A stretch of 28,302 nt of DNA, from IMG/VR virus record IMGVR_UViG_3300032270_001357, positions 1-28,302 of that record. One strand, given 5' to 3'. The DNA is from a virus (lineage: Duplodnaviria; Caudoviricetes). The notes below the pieces were generated by a model. It had not been told where the DNA came from, made no database searches, and saw nothing but the letters and a program-made list of their open reading frames with translations. The first letter of the stretch is position 1. The number at the start of each line of letters is the position of its first letter. This document shows, piece by piece, positions 18,406-25,155 of the stretch. The position numbers and the translations under genes are program-made.

Positions 18406-18414
18406 TATAAATAT
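18406..18414 (-). promoter_or_regulatory. Putative late promoter ATATTTATA
   Basis: Intergenic, just downstream (minus sense) of the tube terminator and upstream of the gp26-like gene. Confidence 0.5.
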
Positions 18415-18423
18415 ATGAAAAAC

Positions 18424-18455
18424 AAAAAAGCTCGCAAAAATTGCGAGCTCTTTTT
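18424..18455. terminator. Intrinsic terminator after the tail tube gene, potentially bidirectional
   Basis: AGCTCGCAA-aaa-TTGCGAGCT stem flanked by an A run on the left (U tract on minus) and a T run on the right. Confidence 0.85.
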
Positions 18456-18469
18456 AATTTTATTTTTAA

Positions 18470-18958
18470 TTAGAAATTCAATACACAGTAATCCATACCT
18501 ACAGTAATTGTAAGGTTTTGTGCTGCTGCATCGTTATCCCAGTTATATTCACCAAAGTTAGCAGTTTTAATAAATGCACCTTTAATTACCCACTCAGAAA
18601 CGATATCACCTACAGGACCTAAAATATCGATTGTTAAATCTTTTTTATAGAAATCAGAATAACCATCTCTACCTGTTACTGATTCGTGATGTAAACGAAC
18701 CCATTCCATTGTAGCTTGAGCACCTGATGGCGTAATTGGATCGAATAAAGTCATTGTAATATCACCCCATTTTGATTTACCTTTTACTTTACGGTAAACG
18801 TTAATGTGATTCAATGTAATTTCTTCTTGAGTCAATTCTATCGCACTTACCGCTTTGATTAAATATGAAGGGATTCCATCTACATAAAGAATAAATCTAT
18901 TCTGTACTTTGGGTTCAAAGGCGGTAAAAAATATTTCGTTTGGATCTAAGATTGCCAT
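18470..18958 (-). CDS. Tail tube protein (T4 gp19-like)
   Basis: FEPKVQNRF, GKSKWGDITMTLFD, YKKDLTI, EWVIKGAF motifs; 162 aa directly after the sheath. Confidence 0.92.
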   Translation of the reverse strand: MAILDPNEIFFTAFEPKVQNRFILYVDGIPSYLIKAVSAIELTQEEITLNHINVYRKVKGKSKWGDITMTLFDPITPSGAQATMEWVRLHHESVTGRDGYSDFYKKDLTIDILGPVGDIVSEWVIKGAFIKTANFGEYNWDNDAAAQNLTITVGMDYCVLNF

Positions 18959-18978
18959 GTTTTTATTTTATTTCTTTT

Positions 18979-18990
18979 GTTATAAATATT
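18979..18990 (-). promoter_or_regulatory. Putative late promoter AATATTTATAAC
   Basis: Intergenic between sheath and tube; same 12-mer as at 14486 and 17347. Confidence 0.6.
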
Positions 18991-19004
18991 CCGTTTTTAA
19001 AAAA

Positions 19005-21116
19005 TTATGCAGGGAAAGTAACTCCAGTTGGTAAGACATTAAAGTTCAAGTAAATGAATTCAGCAGTCTTAGTTGGTTGAAGATAAATCTGACCTACTAA
19101 TTGGTTTCTGTCGATTACGTCAGGAGTGTTGTTACTATCATCCATAATTACTTTGAAAGCATACAAACCTTGACGTTGTTGAACTGATGTTAAGTAAGGA
19201 TTAACTTGAGCTAAGAATGCATTTCTTGTTGCGATAGTATTTTGTTCAAATACTAAGTTATTTGCAATTTGAGAAATATAAGACTTAACAGCAATTAATA
19301 AACGACGAACATTTACACGATCCAAAGCACTAGCTTTAGTTTGTAATGTTTTCTGACCGTATACTACAACTCCAGTACCTGGGAATGTTGCAATTGGGTT
19401 TACTTTATTAACATACAAGTTATCTCTTTGAGTTTGTGATAATTTTTGAGCGGCTCTTACTACTGTTGACAAACCACCTCTATTAATACCAGCAGGTGCA
19501 AACCAAGGTTCTGATACGCTATCGTTGTAAGCGTAAACACCAGCTACCATAGTTGATGCAGGTACCCATACTAATGCTCCGTATGGATCTGGGGTTTGAA
19601 CCCAAGGCCAGTATGAAGCAGCATATGAAGTATTTCTTGAATTTGCTTGAGCAGCTACTGAAGAAATTAATGTAACGTTATATGGTACTAAATCAAGTAC
19701 AAAAATATTATCACCTCTGTTTTGAGTGTTGTTAATAATATTAGTTGTTTGAGTTGGGTGAATTGAGTTAAACAATCCAGGAGTGATTAAAACATTAAAT
19801 CTGTAATCATCTTGGTTTGATAATAAAGCAATCATGTTATTATAACTACCTGTATTTAAACCTTGAATGTTATTTACAGAAGTAATATTTTCATAATAAG
19901 CTGCTCCTGTTCCACCTGCATAACTTGCTACATATAAATCACCAGTTGCGTTTGCAAATGAACCACTATCATTTACAGGAATTGAAGCTGTATATTGAGC
20001 TTTTGCATTACCTGTATTATCGAAATATAATGGAGTAGGAGTAGCTACTGATTTAACTCTTACGTATCTTGAGAAGTTAGGAACAGATCCTGATACTTCA
20101 ATTTGATTTATTGCTGAGTTATAATTTTTCTTTTGATCACCAATTACTTTAGTAATAAAGTTTGGTAATGTTGGATCCATTGATAAGTTAGTCCAAGTTT
20201 CTAATACAATTGGATTATCAGTATTATCATTACCTTGACGAATAATTAATGAAAAAGTACCTTGTGCAGTATCACTATTAGCAATTTGCCATCTAATGTT
20301 ATCAGAAGAACCTGAAGCTAATGAACCACTAATATCTTCACTACCTGTATCGTTCATTAAAGCACCTTCAGATAAAGTTGCTAATACTAAAGCAGGAGTA
20401 TTTGTACCACCACTAAAGAAAGTTGTAGTACTACCAGATGTTACATAATAAGAATTAGCTGCAACTCCAGAAACACCAGAGGTTGAATTAAGGAATATAC
20501 CTGCATTTGATCCTGAAACACTTGCTGTAATATATTGTAAGGAAGCACTGTAAGGAGCAACAGAAGCACTAGTATTAAATGCAGTAACAATATTAGCAAT
20601 TGAACCTGATGAATTTGATCCTGAAGCTACAAATATTGTAGTAGCAGTATTAGCAGGGGCTGGACTACCTGTTACAGCAATAGTAACACCATTTACTATA
20701 AATGAACCTGTTGGGTTAACAAAAGGAATTAAATTAGTAGTACTAAGAGTAATTGAAGCAGTTGTTAAAGGAGTTGAGTTTACAACACCATTAGAACCAG
20801 TTAGACCTGTTACTGTAGTGGCTTCTGTAAATGAACCTGTAGTTACCCTAGCTACTAATAAAGTTTCGCCACCGTTTGCGAAGTAATTGTAAGCAGCGAT
20901 TGATGTGAAATAAGTATAAACTTGGCTACCGCTTAAAAATCCAGCACCAAATTTATTTTCATAATCACTATATGATGTAACAACAGTGGGAACTTCTACA
21001 GGACCTTTAACTGTAGGGCCGATAATAGCAGCACCTACGGTAATGGGTTGCTGCGTAATAAAGGATTGGTCGTTTTCTCTTGCTAATACGCCAGGAGATA
21101 TTAATGTTTCTGCCAT
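19005..21116 (-). CDS. Contractile tail sheath protein (T4 gp18-like) with Ser/Thr/Gly-rich insertion region
   Basis: SPGVLARE N-terminus, YFANGG, YWPWV, PWFAPAGINRG, GQKTLQ, DRVNVRRL, FEQN, LQPTKTAEFI. Confidence 0.95.
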   Translation of the reverse strand: MAETLISPGVLARENDQSFITQQPITVGAAIIGPTVKGPVEVPTVVTSYSDYENKFGAGFLSGSQVYTYFTSIAAYNYFANGGETLLVARVTTGSFTEATTVTGLTGSNGVVNSTPLTTASITLSTTNLIPFVNPTGSFIVNGVTIAVTGSPAPANTATTIFVASGSNSSGSIANIVTAFNTSASVAPYSASLQYITASVSGSNAGIFLNSTSGVSGVAANSYYVTSGSTTTFFSGGTNTPALVLATLSEGALMNDTGSEDISGSLASGSSDNIRWQIANSDTAQGTFSLIIRQGNDNTDNPIVLETWTNLSMDPTLPNFITKVIGDQKKNYNSAINQIEVSGSVPNFSRYVRVKSVATPTPLYFDNTGNAKAQYTASIPVNDSGSFANATGDLYVASYAGGTGAAYYENITSVNNIQGLNTGSYNNMIALLSNQDDYRFNVLITPGLFNSIHPTQTTNIINNTQNRGDNIFVLDLVPYNVTLISSVAAQANSRNTSYAASYWPWVQTPDPYGALVWVPASTMVAGVYAYNDSVSEPWFAPAGINRGGLSTVVRAAQKLSQTQRDNLYVNKVNPIATFPGTGVVVYGQKTLQTKASALDRVNVRRLLIAVKSYISQIANNLVFEQNTIATRNAFLAQVNPYLTSVQQRQGLYAFKVIMDDSNNTPDVIDRNQLVGQIYLQPTKTAEFIYLNFNVLPTGVTFPA

Positions 21117-21147
21117 GTTTCTAAAATTATATTGATTTTATTCTATA

Positions 21148-21155
21148 ATAAATAT
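21148..21155 (-). promoter_or_regulatory. Putative late promoter core ATATTTAT upstream of sheath
   Basis: CATATTTATTA in the intergenic gap before the ATG at 21116. Confidence 0.5.
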
Positions 21156-21173
21156 GGCAAGGGGGTTCAAAAA

Positions 21174-21425
21174 TTAATTGGATTTTATGAATTCTCCTTT
21201 ATCAATATCTACCGCTCCTTCACCATATTTTTCTTGTAATTCTTTAGCTATTTGTATTTCATCAGATTTTATTTTAGCAAGAGCTTCAATAAGACCTTCT
21301 TTTTGCAATTCTAATTCTTGAATTTGATATTCAATGTAACCAAAATCTCTCATCAATGCATTTCTATTGATTTGAGTATTTTTTAATTTTTGTAACTCTT
21401 CGGGTGTTAAAACTTTATTTTCCAT
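21174..21425 (-). CDS. Small coiled-coil hypothetical protein (83 aa)
   Basis: Heptad-like Q/E/L/K helix ending EKYGEGAVDIDKGEF. Confidence 0.75.
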   Translation of the reverse strand: MENKVLTPEELQKLKNTQINRNALMRDFGYIEYQIQELELQKEGLIEALAKIKSDEIQIAKELQEKYGEGAVDIDKGEFIKSN

Positions 21426-21432
21426 TTATATG

Positions 21433-22368
21433 TTATTTTATTTGAGTCATTGTTACTATTACTGAAGGTATAGCTACACCTCCATTACTTGGAGAAAGGG
21501 GTTCTGCTATTAAAGATGCTGTTTGGCCTGGGTTTCCGTCAAAATACCATATTAGTTCTAAAAAGTCTGATGCGTTTAAACTTTCTACAAAATTCCATGC
21601 TGCTATTCCTTTTACGTTTCCGTTTTGTTGGTGAACACCTGTATTAGTATACGGTATATTAGTTCCATTTTTTCTTAACCAAATATAAATAGTACCGTTT
21701 TGGTTTGATGCTGTTTGGGCAGAAAACTGTAAATTATAAATACCTGTTTTGGTTACTGTTATTCTTGAACTAGCAACAACAGTAATTCCATCGTTAATAA
21801 CAGGAGTATCTAAAGATATAGATGCAGAAGCACCTGTAGATACTGTTTGAGTTGTTGTATCATACCATGTTCCTACAGATAATGTTGTTACTCCATTAGA
21901 AGCATAAGATGATGATAAAGCAATAGAAGAACTTATAGCTACGGAAGAACTTACAGCTACCGAAGAACTTATTGCATAAGAAGAACTTACAGCTCTAGAA
22001 GAACTTATTGCATAAGAAGCACTAGTAGCATAAGAAGAACTTATAGCATAAGAAGCACTAGTAGCATAAGAAGAACTTATTGAGTAAGAAGAACTTACAG
22101 TAGAAGAAGCACTAATAGCTTGTGATGAAGTAACAGACCAAGATGATGTACCAAAAAAACCAACAGTATTAGCACCAAAAGATGCGGAAATTGATCCTGT
22201 TACTTGTTGTGATCCTGTTAATGTGAATGATCCTGAAAGAGTAATATCATATGCTTTTGTACCTGTAAAAGCATCTACAGATTGAGACACATGCCATGAC
22301 TCAATTGTGTAATTTTGAGATATTTGATCTGAACCAGAAGTGAATATTTGTTTTAATACTAGTGCCAT
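21433..22368 (-). CDS. Ser-rich hexad-repeat fibre/appendage-like protein with C-terminal beta-sandwich (C1q/BclA-CTD-like) head
   Basis: 14 six-residue [ST]-[SA]-S-x-x-x repeats (mostly SSSxAx); C-terminal RITVTKTGIYNLQFSAQ...IWLRKNG...LNASDFLELIW pattern resembles trimeric C1q/TNF-like heads. Confidence 0.7.
   Translation of the reverse strand: MALVLKQIFTSGSDQISQNYTIESWHVSQSVDAFTGTKAYDITLSGSFTLTGSQQVTGSISASFGANTVGFFGTSSWSVTSSQAISASSTVSSSYSISSSYATSASYAISSSYATSASYAISSSRAVSSSYAISSSVAVSSSVAISSSIALSSSYASNGVTTLSVGTWYDTTTQTVSTGASASISLDTPVINDGITVVASSRITVTKTGIYNLQFSAQTASNQNGTIYIWLRKNGTNIPYTNTGVHQQNGNVKGIAAWNFVESLNASDFLELIWYFDGNPGQTASLIAEPLSPSNGGVAIPSVIVTMTQIK
21898..22149 (-). repeat. 18-bp-period coding tandem repeat, 14 degenerate units
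   Basis: TSSWSV TSSQAI SASSTV SSSYSI SSSYAT SASYAI SSSYAT SASYAI SSSRAV SSSYAI SSSVAV SSSVAI SSSIAL SSSYAS; DNA shows recurring gcataagaagaactta / gaagcacta. Confidence 0.92.
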
Positions 22369-22373
22369 TTATT

Positions 22374-23579
22374 TTATTGATAAATATTCAAAATTTTATC
22401 AATTGACACAATTACTTGCTCAGGTTTTATAGTTTTTGTACACTCAAAATGTCTTGGTGTATTTTGATGTTCAGGACACCATTCCCAATCACCTGGATTT
22501 AGCCAATGTTTATTAAAACATCCTGTACATACATTAGGATCATAATTAAATACGCGTTCACAATCTAAAAATTCAGTATAAGGTTCACTAAATCCTGAAA
22601 TCATTACTACTGGTGTGCCTATTGACCATGCTAACCAAGATAATCCACTACCAACACCTATAAAAGCATCAGCATATTTCATATCAATCATTCTATCTTC
22701 AATAGGATAATTACCTGTTTTATTAATTACTCCTTTTAATGTTCCTCCAAGTTTTGAATCATGCCAAGTATCACCTAATTTTTCACTTGTAATCATTACT
22801 ACTTTATAACCTTTGTTATTTAAGTAATCAATTACTGCTTGCCATCCTCCAGGATGATTCCAATACTTAGCATGAGCCGAAGCATGAGGAGCTATTACAA
22901 CATATTTTCCTTCAATTTGTTTTTGTTTTTTAGGTAATACAATTCTTGGTTTTATTTCTGTATAAAGTAAACCTAAAATAGATGTAGAAGTTTCACCTAA
23001 TGGATGTTGTTTAAACTCAATAGGAATTTTAGTATTAACTACTTTCCTATCTTCATCATAATACCATCCAATAGTATACATAGCATATAAATCAAATACT
23101 TCTGTACTTGGTTCAACAAATTCTAATTCAGGGTATTCATCTTTAAACCATTTATTATGAAAAGTAGAACACACAACATTACAATTATGTTTTTTTCTAA
23201 ATTCATCAATATAAGGAAACCAAGCTAAAGTATCTCCAATAGCTGATGAGTCTAAATGAACATATATTCGTTTATTTTTAGGATCAAAATTATGTTCAAA
23301 TACTAATTCATTTGTTTCCTTATCATAAACTTCTACACGCCACCATACAAAATATTGAATAGAGGTTTTAGTCCACATATTATTAGTAATTTCACTTTCA
23401 TGAACTACTTCATCAAATTTAGTATCAATAAATTTAACAATATATGATTTTTGAACATCACCTACTATTTCACATTTAGCACCTTGAACAAAATTAATAA
23501 AAAATTGATTTTCGTTTTGTTTGTAAGGCAAATTTAATTGCTCTAAATTGTTGTATTCTTGTATTAAAACTTCTTTCAT
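22374..23579 (-). CDS. Aah/TibC-like (autotransporter strand-loop-strand) protein O-heptosyltransferase homologue, GT9-related
   Basis: N-terminal beta module (INFVQGA...YFVWWRVEV), AIGDTLAWFPY, KYW..PGGW, FIGVGSGLSWLAW, VVMISGFS and the four-Cys cluster CTGCFN...WCP.H...FECTK matching the iron-finger arrangement of the family. Confidence 0.85.
   Translation of the reverse strand: MKEVLIQEYNNLEQLNLPYKQNENQFFINFVQGAKCEIVGDVQKSYIVKFIDTKFDEVVHESEITNNMWTKTSIQYFVWWRVEVYDKETNELVFEHNFDPKNKRIYVHLDSSAIGDTLAWFPYIDEFRKKHNCNVVCSTFHNKWFKDEYPELEFVEPSTEVFDLYAMYTIGWYYDEDRKVVNTKIPIEFKQHPLGETSTSILGLLYTEIKPRIVLPKKQKQIEGKYVVIAPHASAHAKYWNHPGGWQAVIDYLNNKGYKVVMITSEKLGDTWHDSKLGGTLKGVINKTGNYPIEDRMIDMKYADAFIGVGSGLSWLAWSIGTPVVMISGFSEPYTEFLDCERVFNYDPNVCTGCFNKHWLNPGDWEWCPEHQNTPRHFECTKTIKPEQVIVSIDKILNIYQ
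22380..22387 (-). promoter_or_regulatory. Putative late promoter core ATATTTAT upstream of the Ser-rich protein
   Basis: AATATTTATCA in the last codons of the heptosyltransferase gene, 11 nt from the ATG at 22368. Confidence 0.45.
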
Positions 23580-24211
23580 ATCATTAAATAATTACTTCCA
23601 ACTTCAGAATCTAATATTTGATATCCTAATGATTGTAAATAAAGAACTGCTTTTTCAGTAAAATCTTCTAACCAAATCATAGGTTTGTCTTTTTTAAGTA
23701 AATTTAACATTCCTTCAAAGGCAGCACATTCATGTCCTTCAATATCTATTTTTATAAAAGATACAGGTTTTTCAATTGATAAATCATCTAGTTTTAATAC
23801 TATATTAGTATTATTACTTTGATTTACAACTTTTACTACACCACTATTTTCATAACAACCATCACTAAAACCTACTATAGAAGTTCTACTACCAACACCT
23901 ATATTAAAACATTTTATATTATTATAAGATTTAGTATTTTGTTTTAATAAAAGATAATTTTCTAAATATGGTTCAAATGCTAATATTTCTATATTAGGAG
24001 CATGATTAATAAATTGTAAACAATGATTTCCAATATTAGATCCAATATCAAAAAATAATCCCTCAATAGGGAAATGTTGTTTCCATTTGTTAAATATTTC
24101 ATATTCATAAAAATCATTATGTTTAATAATTTCATCTGAAATATATTCTGGAGTGTCAAATATAATCATAGGATTATTTTGAATATTGATTAATCTTGTA
24201 TCTCTTTTCAT
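23576..24211 (-). CDS. FkbM-family SAM-dependent methyltransferase
   Basis: FFDIGSNIGNH, AFEP, FIKIDIEGHE motifs. Confidence 0.9.
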   Translation of the reverse strand: MKRDTRLINIQNNPMIIFDTPEYISDEIIKHNDFYEYEIFNKWKQHFPIEGLFFDIGSNIGNHCLQFINHAPNIEILAFEPYLENYLLLKQNTKSYNNIKCFNIGVGSRTSIVGFSDGCYENSGVVKVVNQSNNTNIVLKLDDLSIEKPVSFIKIDIEGHECAAFEGMLNLLKKDKPMIWLEDFTEKAVLYLQSLGYQILDSEVGSNYLMI

Positions 24212-25155
24212 ATAAATTGTTTGTATATTTCTAATAAATCTTTAGTTCTGTTTTCCCAACTTAATTGTTTACCTGTATTAATAGTTTTTAACCTGTAAGT
24301 GTTCCAATTTTGTAAAATATCTTTTAAACCTCTATCCATTTCAAACACATTACGAGGAGCTCTCCAAGCACCATGAAAATCAGTAGCATGTTCCCAATCA
24401 GCAATTATAGGTAAACCAGCGGCTGCTGCTTCAACCATTGTTAAATTAGGATGTCCTGCTTCTAATATTGTTGGATGTACAAATATATCATGTTCGTGGT
24501 ATAATTCTAGTAATTTACCATTAGGTAAGTCAAAAACCAAGTTTAGTTTAGGATAATTTAACATCCATAAATGCTCATTAAAAAAATATTTATTAGATGA
24601 AGGACCAGCTATGGTAATAGGTAAATTATTTAAAGCGGCTAATCCTAATCCAAAAGTAAATCCTTTTCTATCAAAAGCACCATTACCTCCTAAACCATTA
24701 TTTGCAACCATTAACAGTTTTGGTTCTGTTGGTTTGTTTTTAGAAGTTGGATAAAATTCGTCTGTATTTACTCCGTGAGAAAAATAAACACATTTATCAC
24801 TTTCAAAATAATCAACTAAAAACCTAGCAGGCATTAAAGATATAAGAGATCCTTCAATTGCCTTTAAATTTTCTTTGTAAACATGAGAATCTTTACCATA
24901 ATGAACTACGTGATGGTCATGTAGTTGGTAGATATACGGTATACCTTGTTCGGCTAATTGGTTTGCTAAATTAGCTACGTGACAATGAACTATATCATAT
25001 TCACCTTGATTAATATAACCTGCCATATTAATTTGTGATGTATGGCCTAGTTTGTTTATATTATTATGAAATTCCCATACTATTTTTTCTATGGCACCCC
25101 ATGCTGGTGGTGGGATAGGAATACCACAACCTGGATCTACTTGGCAAATTTTCAT
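24208..25155 (-). CDS. Glycosyltransferase, GT4 (GT-B fold)
   Basis: PIPPPAWGAIEK, DIVHCH, HGVNTDEF, RKG, DIFVHPTILE...LTMVEAAAAGLPII. Confidence 0.9.
   Translation of the reverse strand: MKICQVDPGCGIPIPPPAWGAIEKIVWEFHNNINKLGHTSQINMAGYINQGEYDIVHCHVANLANQLAEQGIPYIYQLHDHHVVHYGKDSHVYKENLKAIEGSLISLMPARFLVDYFESDKCVYFSHGVNTDEFYPTSKNKPTEPKLLMVANNGLGGNGAFDRKGFTFGLGLAALNNLPITIAGPSSNKYFFNEHLWMLNYPKLNLVFDLPNGKLLELYHEHDIFVHPTILEAGHPNLTMVEAAAAGLPIIADWEHATDFHGAWRAPRNVFEMDRGLKDILQNWNTYRLKTINTGKQLSWENRTKDLLEIYKQFI

Noticed and set aside
14159-22149. Repeats at 14194-14381 and 21898-22149 as CRISPR arrays or DGR template/variable repeats
   Set aside because: Both are in-frame coding repeats with periods divisible by 3; no unique spacers, no adenine-specific mismatch pattern evident, and no cas or reverse transcriptase gene in the window.
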